Shown in pieces: positions 1 through 11,483 of a stretch of DNA of 64,000 nt; the first letter of the stretch is position 1, and each line of letters starts with the position of its first letter. The stretch lies in NCBI GenBank assembly GCA_963663765.2, contig CAXXUA010000006.1, forward strand, positions 320,001 through 384,000, in the 5' to 3' direction. Both the position numbers and the translations under genes were made by a program. This DNA is from Candidatus Poribacteria bacterium. Lineage in GTDB: Bacteria > Poribacteria > WGA-4E > WGA-3G. Below the pieces are notes generated by a model. That model was not told the DNA's origin. It ran no database searches and saw nothing but the letters and a program-made list of their open reading frames with translations.

Positions 1-54
1 ATGCATATCCTGAAATTTTCAACATTACAGATGGTACTGTAGGAACACAAATCC

Positions 55-411
55 TTACTGCTCCTGGACTTGGTTACTGATGTTCTGTATATCAGTATCC
101 TCATTATGAACAGAAATGTTGGTAACTACATTTCGTTGGTCTGGATGTCGTACCGGAAAATCCTTTATAGTTAAATTGATTAAATCCTTCACAACCGACT
201 TAATATTATCAAAAGGAATACATTCCAGTACAATGATTGCTGAATGTTTGGACGGTGCAACAATAAAATCCAAACCATAGCAGATTCCTATGTGCATTAA
301 CTCAGGTTCAATGTTGATTTTTATCTGTCTACGTTCATGTTCTGTAATGAAATAACTATCTACGATGAAAAGGGTGTGAATCCATGCTTCTCTTTCTTCA
401 ATGATTTTCAT
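55..411 (-). CDS. hypothetical protein (118 aa)
   Basis: ATG-initiated ORF with normal composition in non-repetitive DNA; no motif recognised. Confidence 0.55.
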   Translation of the reverse strand: MKIIEEREAWIHTLFIVDSYFITEHERRQIKINIEPELMHIGICYGLDFIVAPSKHSAIIVLECIPFDNIKSVVKDLINLTIKDFPVRHPDQRNVVTNISVHNEDTDIQNISNQVQEQ

Positions 412-641
412 AATACTACACGGTTGTAAGAACTAATGAAGATTAATTTATTAATTCGGTAATAAATAATTCTCACACGGTATGTGTGCTATGTAAACGT
501 GCTGTTGTAACTAGATGTACCAGCGCGCTTACAAAGCACCAAATCAAGAAATCAACGGTATGAATGCCTTTTGGCATTCCCCGCCTACCAGGATGGATTA
601 GATAGAATTACCTAATTTATTTATTAAACTTCATAATGCTT

Positions 642-1559
642 CTATTTAGCATTTTGAAGTTTTCTAAATAAGTCTCCAAAAATAGCATCACGGTTGACGC
701 TGGCTGCAGTACGGATAAAATGTCTACTGTTGTCAAAACTCCAAGCTGGATAATCTGTTAGAATTGGACTATGGACTAATTCTGTAGGAACCCAACTGCT
801 ATTGATGAGATACGCTGTTGCGGAAATATCCCAGATAACTTTTGACCAAGCGAAGTGGTCTTTCTGATAGTCCTTGAAGATCTTAACGAGATAATCACCA
901 ATTTTCCCATTCCCTTGTACATAACATTCCATTTCTGATACTGTTGTAAGTAGGTGTGATACCACACCGCGTGCAGGTAGATGGACTAAAGGCACTCCAG
1001 AGTTGAAAACCACTCTTGCTGCATGTATATCTTGTGCAAGATTAAATTCTCGTGTATGAGACCAATATAAAGGGTTACCACCAAGCCATACTACGACTAT
1101 ATTCTTGATTATATCGGGTTCAATCAAGATAGCTGAAGCAACATTTGTTATTGCACCAATTGCTACTACATAGAGTGGTGTTTTAGTAGATGTTGTTGCT
1201 CGTTCAATCATATCACGTGTTGCATGACTTTGTTGTGGTGTATTACCATCCGTTAAGAAAGCCTGAGAACCTTTGTAGGCAAATCCATCCGATTTGACAT
1301 CAAGATAATCCAATAGTCTAATAATTTCATCGTAACTTTTTTCCATACCATCCGCAGGGTTAGAAGAACGGTTGTTATGGAAAGGGGCAGCATAAATTGC
1401 TTCAAGGTTAAGATTTTCAGGTGAGAGAATAGCGTGTACTACTGCAAACTGGTCGTCAATTTCATTGTATGTGTCTGTATCAAGGACCATACGTACACGT
1501 CCTTCAGGAGGCTGCAGCATCTCTAAACGTCTTGATTCTGGTAGGATCGGGAAACTCAT
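642..1559 (-). CDS. nucleoside hydrolase (IU-NH family)
   Basis: N-terminal 'LDTDTYNEIDDQFA' Asp cluster, 'AIGAITNVA', 'EFNL..D..AA', 'WD' motifs; ATG at 1559 preferred over TTG at 1577. Confidence 0.9.
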   Translation of the reverse strand: MSFPILPESRRLEMLQPPEGRVRMVLDTDTYNEIDDQFAVVHAILSPENLNLEAIYAAPFHNNRSSNPADGMEKSYDEIIRLLDYLDVKSDGFAYKGSQAFLTDGNTPQQSHATRDMIERATTSTKTPLYVVAIGAITNVASAILIEPDIIKNIVVVWLGGNPLYWSHTREFNLAQDIHAARVVFNSGVPLVHLPARGVVSHLLTTVSEMECYVQGNGKIGDYLVKIFKDYQKDHFAWSKVIWDISATAYLINSSWVPTELVHSPILTDYPAWSFDNSRHFIRTAASVNRDAIFGDLFRKLQNAK

Positions 1560-1819
1560 AAGTATTGATACCTTCAAGTCTAAGTTTTCTAATTATTTTT
1601 CACATATTGTAGCATATATTTAACGTAAATTGTCAAGAAAATTGAGTTAGATTTATGGAAAGTCTTTGACAAGAAATAAGTGACAATATTGATATTAGAA
1701 ATACGGTGTTGCTAATACAACAAACGTTTTTTTACTATGATGTTTCTATAACAAACTGAATAATATCAGGAGTTGATAACGGATGTGAATTAATGTAATA
1801 ATATGTGTGAAAAATATAT

Positions 1820-1897
1820 AATGATATTGAGACTCATTTAAAACATTATTTATATTATTTGAGTCTCATTATCATTTTATATTTGATATTGAGACTC
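1820..1897. promoter_or_regulatory. Fur-box-like inverted repeats
   Basis: aatgatattgagactca (1820-1836) and tgagtctcattatcatt (1860-1876) form a 17-bp inverted repeat with 1 mismatch; a third half-site lies at 1884-1897; resembles GATAATGATAATCATTATC. Confidence 0.35.
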
Positions 1898-2309
1898 TGT
1901 ATTATTTCAACTTCATGATATTTAGTTTCAGTATCATGTAATTCACAATATATCTTCATTTACTGTATTTCCTATCACACAAGCTTTACAAGATGGGGTT
2001 ATTCAGTTTTCAATATTTTTGATAATATATTGCTATGTCGTTAATTTTATGTGATACCATCTTGTCCAGTTCTTTAGTCCCGTAGGCACGATATGTTTAT
2101 AAAAAATGTTTTCTACCCCAATAGAGTTCCGTAGGAACGACATAGAAGAAGAAACATATCGTCCCTACGGAACTAAAGAGCGATGTTCATGTTTCAATAA
2201 ACTAAAATTGATGTATAAAGTTCGGTTAGGAAAATGAACCTGGGTATTAACTTTCAGTAAATCTGAATATCAGAAAACTCTTAAAATTGAATATCCCTGA
2301 CCCCATCCC

Positions 2310-3504
2310 AGTAGGCGTGCTTTGTAAGTGCGCCGATAAACACAGGATTGGCAACGACGCGCTTACAAAGCACCAAATCAAGAAATCAACGGTATGAATG
2401 CCTTTTGGCATTCCCCGGGTATGAATGCGCGTATGGCATTCCCCGCCTGCAGGGGAGTTCGGGGTGAGTGCGGGGCGCGCTTATAAAGCACCAAATCAAC
2501 GGTATGAATGCGCGTATGGCATTCCCCGCCTGCAGGGGAGTTCGGGGTGAGTGCTGGGCGCGCTTACAAAGCACGCCTGCAGTGAGTTCCTGAGAGTGCT
2601 GGGCGCGCTTACAAAGCACGCCTGCAGTTAGGGGCGCGCTTACAAAGCACGCCTGCAATTGGGGTTCAGTTGGGTGGCGCGCTTACAAAGCACGCCTGCA
2701 ATTGGGGTTCAGTTGGGTGGCGCGCTTACAAAGCACCAAATCAACGGTATGAATGCGCGTATGGCATTCCCCGCCTGCAGGGGAGTGCAGTTGGGTGGCG
2801 CGCTTACAAAGCACCAAATCAACGGTATGAATGCGCGTATGGCATTCCCCGCCTGCAGGGGAGTGCAGTTGGGTGGCGCGCTTACAAAGCACCAAATCAA
2901 CGGTATGAATGCGCGTATGGCATTCCCCGCCTGCAGGGGAGTGCAGTTGGTAGGCGCGCTTACAAAGCACCAAATCAACGGTATGAATGCGCGTATGGCA
3001 TTCCCCGCCTGCAGGGGAGTGCGGGAGAGTGCGTGGCGCGCTTACAAAGCACCAAATCAACGGTATGAATGCGCGTATGGCATTCCCCGCCTGCAGGGGA
3101 GTGCGGGTGAGTGCGGGGCGCGCTTACTAAGCACCAAATCAACGGTATGAATGCGCGTATGGCATTCCCCGCCTGCAGGGGAGTGCGGGAGAGTGCGTGG
3201 CGCGCTTACAAAGCACCAAATCAACGGTATGAATGCGCGTATGGCATTCCCCGCCTGCAGGGGAGTGCGGGTGAGTGCGGGGCGCGCTTACTAAGCACCA
3301 AATCAACGGTATGAATGCGCGTATGGCATTCCCCGCCTGCAGGTGAGTTCGGGGTGAGTGCTGGGCGCGCTTACAAAGCACGCCTGCAGTTGAGTTCGTG
3401 TGAGTGCTGGGCACGCTTACTAAGCACCAAATCAAGAAATCAAGAAATCAACGGTATGAATGCCATTTAGGCATTCACCGCCTACCGTTTTTGCGTAAGT
3501 CCTG
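2310..3504. repeat. tandem array of GTAG-type REP (ggcgcgcttacaaagcacgcct) with nested 36-nt inserts
   Basis: Repeated ggcgcgcttacaaagcac[caaatcaacggtatgaatgcgcgtatggcattcccc]gcctgca units. Confidence 0.9.
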
Positions 3505-3607
3505 TCATGTAATTCACAATATATCTTCATTTACTGTATTTCCTATCTCACATACTTTACAAGATGTATTTCTTTCATAATCTATGAATTCATGCTAAAA
3601 TAAAATC

Positions 3608-4870
3608 ATGAAAGTCTATAGTATATTTCTGATTTTATGTGCTTTATTATTTACAAGTTGTGGCATACTGGGAACAAAACCAGTTGAACCGCAACCCCCA
3701 ATTACACCTGTTGACGCGCTTGGGACACTATATTCTGAAATAGAGGGTGTTCTGCAAGACTCACTTTTTTCAAACGCAAGTATTGGTATTAAGGTAGTTG
3801 AAGTGGAAACAGACGAGGTGATATACGAAAGGAATGCAAAGAAATTGCACCATCCTGCTTCCACCACAAAACTCTTTACTGCAGCTACTGCATTGACGAA
3901 ACTTGGATCAGATTTTAGGTTCACAACTACGTTATATACAGATGCAGATGCAGATGCGAAAGTAATTAACAACATCTATCTTAAAGGTAGTGGTGATCCG
4001 ATTCTTATGGCAGCAGATGTTGAGAATTTAGCATTAAAAGTGGTAGAATCTGGTATCTCGTCCATTGATGGAAAGATTATCGTGGATGAGTCGTATTTTG
4101 ACTCGGTTCGTGAAGGTCCAGGGTGGATGTGGGATGACCGTCCGTATTGGATAAGTGCATTGAGTATACGAAATCTTGAACCAGAATCAAGCACTGGTAG
4201 TAGAGCAATTGCATGTGGGCAGCTTCTGAAGAAAACACTGAAACAGCAAGGTGTTAAGATAGCAGGTCAAGTAATCATAGGAATTGTTCCTTCTGATTCA
4301 CGTATCATTGCTATCCATGAATCACCTCCGCTTGCAGATATTATAACGTTGATGAATAAACCGAGTGACAATTGGATTGCTGAGATGCTTTTCAAGACAC
4401 TTGGTGCTGTAGTGAAGGGTGAACCGGGGTCTTGGCAAAAGGGTAGAGAAACAATCAGTGCGTATTTAAGAGAGACTGTGGGAGAGCTTTTTCCACATCG
4501 TTTTGTAGATGGTTCTGGTCTTTCAAGATATAATCTTGTCAGTGCAGAATTACTTACACAGTTACTCGTAAGTATGTATCACAATTTTGAGTTGATGCCG
4601 GAATTTACGTCATCCCTTCCGATCGCTGGCGTTGATGGCACATTGAGAAATCGGATGAGAGGGATGTATGCTGAAAAGACATTGCGTGCGAAAACGGGGA
4701 CATTGAGTGGTGTTTCCACACTTGCTGGTTATACGCGTACAGTTGATGGAGAGGTGTTTGCGTTTGGTATTTTGATCAGTCATTATGTTGGCTCTGCAAC
4801 GACTGCACGTGTGATTCAGGATAAGATTGGGAATTTATTGACTGAGTTTAATCGGTCTATGACAAAATAA
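3608..4870 (+). CDS. dacB: D-alanyl-D-alanine carboxypeptidase/endopeptidase (PBP4, peptidase S13), lipoprotein
   Basis: SxxK 'PASTTKL', SxN 'PSDN', KTG 'AKTGTL', 'DGSGLSRYN'; lipobox FTSC. Confidence 0.93.
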   Translation: MKVYSIFLILCALLFTSCGILGTKPVEPQPPITPVDALGTLYSEIEGVLQDSLFSNASIGIKVVEVETDEVIYERNAKKLHHPASTTKLFTAATALTKLGSDFRFTTTLYTDADADAKVINNIYLKGSGDPILMAADVENLALKVVESGISSIDGKIIVDESYFDSVREGPGWMWDDRPYWISALSIRNLEPESSTGSRAIACGQLLKKTLKQQGVKIAGQVIIGIVPSDSRIIAIHESPPLADIITLMNKPSDNWIAEMLFKTLGAVVKGEPGSWQKGRETISAYLRETVGELFPHRFVDGSGLSRYNLVSAELLTQLLVSMYHNFELMPEFTSSLPIAGVDGTLRNRMRGMYAEKTLRAKTGTLSGVSTLAGYTRTVDGEVFAFGILISHYVGSATTARVIQDKIGNLLTEFNRSMTK

Positions 4871-5515
4871 CAGTATGGAACATTTCTCAATACGGTATCT
4901 CAAATTAAGAAACATATTATATTAAATGTCGCTTGTCAATTAGATTGTATCATGTCAGGACTTGCGCAGTATTCTTGATTTAGTGGTTTTCTTGCTAAGT
5001 ATTTATTATATGCAGGACTTACGCAGTTTTCATGAACCAATCAAGAATTAAGACGAAAACGATGTAATACCATTTTCATGTGATAATGTCTCATTAGCAG
5101 CGGAAATCTGGTAGGAGCGACCTCACGGTCGCGATCGGGAGGTCCCTCCTACCGAAGAGAGTAACCCCCTGCCAGTAAACAGTAGAATTCCTTAATGAGA
5201 CAAGATTTATTTGAATTGGTATAATTTTCAGCATTTTTTAGGTTTCCGGCGCGCTTACAAAGCACCAAATCAAGAAATCAACGGTATGAATGCCTTTTGG
5301 CATTCCCCGGTTATGAATGCCATTAAGGCATTCCCCGTATGGCATTTGTCGGGACTGAAGATCGTTTCAAACTATGAAGTACACCTGCAAAACGTCATGT
5401 TTATGTGAAACAATGATTAACATATAGTTTTTTAGCACAACTTGTTATTTATTGTTGATGCTTCGGTTTGAAATCTGTCTATTAACCCGTGTTAGGAAAC
5501 AACAGGAGATTCTAT

Positions 5516-6352
5516 ATGAGTAATCTAAATGGAAAGATTGCTTTAGTAACAGGAGCTGCGGGAGAGTTTGGTTTAGGTCGTGCTATTGCCGTTAGGTTAG
5601 CAAAAGATGGTGCTGATGTCGTCGTTAATGATGTTGCAGAAAAACCTTATAACTTAGATGAATCTGAATGGTTAGGGTTACAAGATGTTGTTATTGAAAT
5701 AGAATCGCTTGGTAAACGCTCCTGCGGTTTTGTTGCAGATATTACAAATTCAAATGAAGTATCTGCCATGATAGAAAAAATAGTATCTAAGTTGGGTAGA
5801 ATAGATATACTTGTTAATAATGCTGGATCTAAACCGGGCAAAGACCGAGTTCTTGCTGTTGACTTAGATGAAAAAGAATGGGATAGAGTCATAAGAATAA
5901 ATGCTAAAGGTACATTTCTTTCCTCACAAGCTGTCGCTCGTCATTTTATAGAAAGAAAAATACAAGGTAAGATAATCAATATATCTTCTGTAGTGGGAAA
6001 AGAAGCTATGCCTAAATACGCTGCGTATAGTGCTTCAAAGTTCGCTATTATAGGACTCACTCAAGCACTTGCACTTGAACTTGCTCCTTATCAGATAAAC
6101 GTCAATGCTGTCTGTCCAAGTTTAGTGGATACAGAACGGGTTACCCAGCTTGTTAATGCTCTAACAGAAGATGATGAACAGTTCAAAGATAAATATATGG
6201 AACTCATACAGAATAGATCCGGTTTAGTACCACTGGGTAGACTGGCAACAAGAACAGACGTTGCTAATATGGTATCATATCTGGCATCAGAACAATCAAA
6301 CTTTCTAACAGGGTTAGCTATACCTGTAGCAGGTGGGTCAATGGTTCATTAG
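5516..6352 (+). CDS. SDR family oxidoreductase
   Basis: 'TGAAGEFGLG' Rossmann motif, 'NNAG', catalytic YxxxK 'YSASK'; RBS aggag before ATG 5516. Confidence 0.92.
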   Translation: MSNLNGKIALVTGAAGEFGLGRAIAVRLAKDGADVVVNDVAEKPYNLDESEWLGLQDVVIEIESLGKRSCGFVADITNSNEVSAMIEKIVSKLGRIDILVNNAGSKPGKDRVLAVDLDEKEWDRVIRINAKGTFLSSQAVARHFIERKIQGKIINISSVVGKEAMPKYAAYSASKFAIIGLTQALALELAPYQINVNAVCPSLVDTERVTQLVNALTEDDEQFKDKYMELIQNRSGLVPLGRLATRTDVANMVSYLASEQSNFLTGLAIPVAGGSMVH

Positions 6353-6642
6353 AAAGGAAAGAAAACTATCGATGTGAAAACAATACCTTCTCCATTTTTG
6401 AGTGCTTCAGTTGAATGAGTATATAGTGTTGATCTACCATTGCTCTGTGATATTGTTAGGATTACATAAATAAAAATAACTTCAGGTTTTCGTTGAAGTA
6501 TTTTTATTTATCATAGCGTCTAATTTGACGATAGAATCTGACAGAATAATTTATATGCACAATCTGGAAGAATGTGCTACAACTGACCACACAATCTGGA
6601 TGAAGATTAATTTTTTAATCGGGTAATAAATATTTTTCAGAT

Positions 6643-7830
6643 GGTAGGCGTGGTTTGTAAGCGCGCTCTTGGGACTTGATGTGCCAGCGCGCTTACAAAG
6701 CACGCCTGCAGTTAGGGGCGCAGTTGAGGGGCGCGCTTACAAAGCACGCCTGCAGGTGGGGGGCGCGCTTACAAAGCACGCCTGCAGGTGGGGGGCGCGC
6801 TTACAAAGCACGCCTGCAGGTGGGGGGCGCGCTTACAAAGCACGCCTGCAGGTGGGGGGCGCGCTTACAAAGCACGCCCGCAGTTGGTGGCGCGCTTACA
6901 AAGCACGCCCGCAGTTGGTGGCGCGCTTACAAAGCACGCCCGCAGTTGGTGGCGCGCTTACAAAGCACGCCCGCAGTTGGTGGCGCGCTTACAAAGCACG
7001 CCTGCAGTCGGTGGCGCGCTTACAAAGCACGCCTGCAGTTGGTGGCGCGCTTACAAAGCACGCCCGCAGTTGGTGGCGCGCTTACAAAGCACGCCCGCAG
7101 TTGGTGGCGCGCTTACAAAGCACGCCCGCAGTTGGTGGCGCGCTTACAAAGCACGCCCGCAGTTGGTGGCGCGCTTACAAAGCACCAAATCAACGGTATG
7201 AATGCGCGTATGGCATTCCCCGCCTGCAGGTGGGTTCGTGTGAGTGCGGGGCGCGCTTACAAAGCACCAAATCAACGGTATGAATGCGCGTATGGCATTC
7301 CCCGCCTGCAGGGGAGCGCAGTTGGTAGGCGCGCTTACAAAGCACCAAATCAACGGTATGAATGCGCGTATGGCATTCCCCGCCTGCAGGTGAGTGCGGG
7401 TGAGTGCGGGGCGCGCTTACAAAGCACCAAATCAACGGTATGAATGCGCGTATGGCATTCCCCGCCTGCAGGGGAGCGCAGTTGGTAGGCGCGCTTACAA
7501 AGCACGCCTGCAGTTGGGTTCGTGTGAGTGCGGGTGAGTGCGGGTGAGTGCTGGGCGCGCTTACAAAGCACCAAATCAACGGTATGAATGCCATTTAGGC
7601 ATTCCTCGCCTACCATCGGGGGCGCGCTTACAAAGCACGACTGCAGTTGGGTTCGTGTGAGTGCATGGCGCGCTTACAAAGCACGACTGCAGTTGGGGGC
7701 GCGCTTACAAAGCACGACTGCAGTTGGGGGCGCGCTTACAAAGCACGACTGCAGTTGAGGGCGCGCGGACAAAGCACGCATGCAGTTAGGGGCACAGTCG
7801 GGGTTGAAAACCCCTCCCACAAGAGGAAAT
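6643..7830. repeat. tandem REP array (~31-bp units) with 36-nt inserts
   Basis: ggcgcgcttacaaagcacgcccgcagttggt repeated in tandem, then units carrying the caaatcaacggtatgaatg...ggcattcccc insert. Confidence 0.9.
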
Positions 7831-7837
7831 GGTATTA

Positions 7838-9793
7838 CTATTTTTCGTCAATCGTGGTTATTGCTAATTTGACGAAAGATGACTTTGATATATCTGCATT
7901 TGAAGTGGCGGTAACGATCAACATATATTTACCTGCAACAGCGATTTTATCTTTCGGGATTGTTATATCATAACTGCGCGATGTACCCGCTGGCAAAGTA
8001 GCTGTAAAGGGTCTGAGATTGGTCGGCATGTTGCCGGATGTAGCGAAGTTGATTTTGTCGTCCACATTTCCACTATTGGTCACGGTCATGGTGTAGGTAA
8101 TATGATCTGCCTTTATGTGTTCAGGACTTGTATTGACGCTCGCCGTTAGGGATACACCATAGATGTCATTTTCTGATGTAGGACGGGTTAATACTTTGAT
8201 TTCATCTTCGCTTATCGCTCTGTTATAGAGTCTGACATCATCAATCAAGCCTTGCCATGAACTTTGTGCATCCTTAACGCCTCTGCCGATGAGGAGCTTA
8301 TCTACATTTGTGATGGTTCCTGATAAAGCATCACTCATAGACGAAGGTGTATCCAGTTTGCCGTTGATATAGAGTTTCATCTGTTCGTCGCTTTTCCAAG
8401 TAAATGCAAGGTGTTGCCATTCAGTCGTTTGCACGTTGGCGGAACTCTCATAAACAAAAGTTCCATTTTCTGTTGTGAACCCCACTTTGATGATGTTCCG
8501 CTGTTTGCTGCTTGTTCCTTCTTTATCATATCGGAAAGAGAATTTTTCATCTTTTCCATTAGGTGTTCTTGGTGAAATGAAACCTTTATCCGTTCCGATG
8601 CTATCAGATTTTATCCAAAGACATAGAGAAAAAGCGTTCAGCCCATTAATCAGATTTTTGGCATCCTGTATATTCACATGACTCTTATTGGGTTTCACTT
8701 TCAATGCACCACCGATTTTTCCGTGATTTATTGTTAATGCACAATCACCAGAAACTATGCCGTAGGTGTTATTATGACTGGCATCAAAGGCGACTCGTCC
8801 ACCATCCTCATCAAAAGTCCAGTGTCCTACTAATGAGTCATCAGCATTCGTATTTTCCACCTCAATATCAATGATGTAATCCAGTTTGACATCTTTGAAA
8901 GAAATCCAGTGCTGTTTACCGCCGCCATAAACATCTTTGACAGTAAGTCTTGCGCCATTGCCTTTTGATACATAGTTGACGATGTCGTTTTCACCTTTCA
9001 ATACACGACCATCGTGCATTTGCCAACCGCCTTTGGGATCTAACGTTAGCAGCTGCGCGTGGTGAAGTCCGTCCTTATCCTCAACTTCGTAATAAGCGTT
9101 CTTGTGTGTATCGGGATAACTGAAATGAGTTATTTTCTTAATGGTAGTTTTTTCGGTAGACACATGTTTTTCGCCATCTTTTTTTTCTGGGTTGAAATAT
9201 GGGTGAACATCATACCATAAGGCTGCTGCATGCGAGATTTTGTGTTGGTTGGGACCGTAGGATAAGATGTAATGTCCACTCCTCCAGTCGTGTGGCAGTC
9301 CGAAACAGTGTCCGAGTTCATGCGCAAAAGCATTCCAGTTGAAGCAGTATCCGTAAGCATCAACCATCGCGCGTGTGCCGAAAGCCACACCACAAACCGA
9401 TACGCCTTCAAAGTCAATGAAGGTCAATAAGATATGCTTCGGATTTTTGATTTTACTGACAGCAGCAGAAACGCGGTTTGTTTTGTTTTTATAGTATGCG
9501 GTATCTTTTTCCGCAATGATATGATGCACGATCGTTTTGCCGTCTTTATCTGTCTCGAGTTGAAATGTTTTATTCCCAAATCCGTAGTTTTCCATATTGT
9601 CAGCATAGAACTTTTGTGCTTTTTTCACCCGCTGATCAATCTGGTTGTCAATATCTTTTCGCGGGGGTCGGTCATTTGGTCGGATGTAGGTGACCTTGAC
9701 ATAGTATTCTTTCGGTTTATTCTCTTGTGCAAAACTGAGTTGTAGACAGGTTAATAGCGTCGTGAAAATCACTAAGATTCTTATGTATTTCAT
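7838..9793 (-). CDS. secreted zincin metallopeptidase with LamG-like jellyroll domain
   Basis: Signal peptide; HELGHCFGLPH (HExxHxxGxxH); LamG motifs 'WTFDE', 'WQHLAFTW', 'LYINGKL', 'GLIDDVRLYNRA'; RBS aggag. Confidence 0.85.
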   Translation of the reverse strand: MKYIRILVIFTTLLTCLQLSFAQENKPKEYYVKVTYIRPNDRPPRKDIDNQIDQRVKKAQKFYADNMENYGFGNKTFQLETDKDGKTIVHHIIAEKDTAYYKNKTNRVSAAVSKIKNPKHILLTFIDFEGVSVCGVAFGTRAMVDAYGYCFNWNAFAHELGHCFGLPHDWRSGHYILSYGPNQHKISHAAALWYDVHPYFNPEKKDGEKHVSTEKTTIKKITHFSYPDTHKNAYYEVEDKDGLHHAQLLTLDPKGGWQMHDGRVLKGENDIVNYVSKGNGARLTVKDVYGGGKQHWISFKDVKLDYIIDIEVENTNADDSLVGHWTFDEDGGRVAFDASHNNTYGIVSGDCALTINHGKIGGALKVKPNKSHVNIQDAKNLINGLNAFSLCLWIKSDSIGTDKGFISPRTPNGKDEKFSFRYDKEGTSSKQRNIIKVGFTTENGTFVYESSANVQTTEWQHLAFTWKSDEQMKLYINGKLDTPSSMSDALSGTITNVDKLLIGRGVKDAQSSWQGLIDDVRLYNRAISEDEIKVLTRPTSENDIYGVSLTASVNTSPEHIKADHITYTMTVTNSGNVDDKINFATSGNMPTNLRPFTATLPAGTSRSYDITIPKDKIAVAGKYMLIVTATSNADISKSSFVKLAITTIDEK

Positions 9794-10579
9794 GGTATTT
9801 CTCCTTTCGTTTGTGCATCTTCTGGGCAAAATAATAGTTTATGCTATAAACAATGTAACATATTTTAGAGAAATCATGCAAAAGAATAATAAGGATTTCG
9901 CGGGTTGGTTTGCGGTATCGCGGATTACGCGGATTACGCGGAAGACGCGGATAATATCCCTGCGTTGGTAGGAGCGACCTCTAAATCAGGAAATCAACGG
10001 TAAGAATGCCTTTTGGCATTCCCAGGGTCAAGACCGTGAATGAATACAGTCGTGCCCGGTAAATCAACGGTATGAATGCCATTTAGGCATTCCCCGGGTC
10101 GCTCCTACCAGGGGCACCCAACACAGTCGTTGTTTGAAACCCCTCCCACAAGCGGGTCTTGTCCTCTTTTCTGAACCAGGATTTTCAGGATTAGCAGATT
10201 TCCAGGATTTACCGCATCCAGGGTTTCTGCTGATGGCAAGTGTATCTTCGGAATTGAACTTATAGGTGTCAACTTTAGAATTATTGTTTGCATTTTCTCT
10301 TGTGGGAGGGGTTTGAAACCCCGATTTGAGTGGAAATGCACTAAAAAATCGGGGTTTCAAACCCCTCCCACAAGAGGTTAAAATCCTTAAGTTGACACCT
10401 ATAGCTATCTTTGGAATTTAACGCAACTGCTTCAGACTCTAATTCTGATAATCCGATAATCCTGTAAATCCTGGTTCAGACAGACATTCGGTGTTTGTAA
10501 GCATGCCTGCAAGAGGGCGCGCTTAGAATGCACCAAATCAACGGTATGAATGCTATAAAGCATTCCCCGCCTGCATTTA

Positions 10580-11483
10580 TGTAATGTGCGCGCGTACAAG
10601 AGGAGTTCAATTTGGATTTCGTCGGGATCGGTGTCGCTGAGGGGGACTCCTTTGAATGCGAGTTCACGGGTGATGGGTCCGCGGTTCTCTATGCCAATAC
10701 GTGGCGATTCTGTCAGATAACTGACAGGAAGATTGAATTTCTGTGATGTTTCTTTGCCGTCATTGTCCCAGTAGTAGCAGGCGGCGGTGAGGCTACGAGG
10801 GGCGTTGTCTGCGAACACTTGCGTCCATTTTTCGTTGGATGCATCAAGGTCGTAGAAGACGGTGGATGTGAGTGTGATGTTGCAACGTTCGTTGGTTGCG
10901 GCGGCAGGGAGTCTATATCGGCTTGCTTTGATGCCGGGGAGGAACGCGAGGTTCTGGTTGATGTTGAGGCTGAGGTCGGTGAAGATTGTAGCGATGCCTT
11001 CTTCCTCCAGACATCCGCCCTAGTTGGGATAGAAGGTGCCGAGGTCTGCGTCTGCGGGTAGCGGGTGGTTCGCGGTGTCGGTGCTGGTGAGTGCTATTTC
11101 CAGTTATCCGGGTGTAGTTGATGCGGTGAGTTCGGTTGCAGTGGAGATGGTTTTTTTGAATGCGGTTGTTGCGTAGAATTCGGTATCGGGTATGTAGGTG
11201 GCTATGGGTGTGCCGCTGTTGATGATAACCCGCCAGAATTCGTCCATTTTTTGCGTGTAGAGTTGCATTTCGTTGATCCCGCTACTTGCCCCTCCTGTCC
11301 TTGCTGATCGCGTGTGTCTGAGCGTCTTCCATCTATCTTCTCGCTTGTCTGAAGTTCGGATTGCAGGTCTAAATCCAGTGCGGTGAACGGAAATCGGTTC
11401 TGGACGAATTTTGTGAGTGTGTCGTTGTCTGTTTGTCTGGCGATGGCGAACCATGAGTTGTCGCTGTATCTTGGATTTATCAT
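10580..11483 (-). pseudogene. decayed phage tail-tube-like gene
   Basis: Coding-like segments joined across frameshifts and stops (MINPRYSD..., EMQLYTQKMDEFW..., ...LSLNINQNL...ITLTSTVFY...FNLP...PRIGIENRGPITRELAF); family assignment by recalled similarity only. Confidence 0.45.

Noticed and set aside
2386-3435. Overlapping ORFs with repeated 'ALTKHQINGMNARMAF' peptides
   Set aside because: Translations of REP tandem arrays open in several frames; no RBS or domain
6669-7973. Long ORFs and CRISPR-like periodicity in the REP array
   Set aside because: Linkers are short and near-identical rather than unique spacers; ORFs are repeat artefacts
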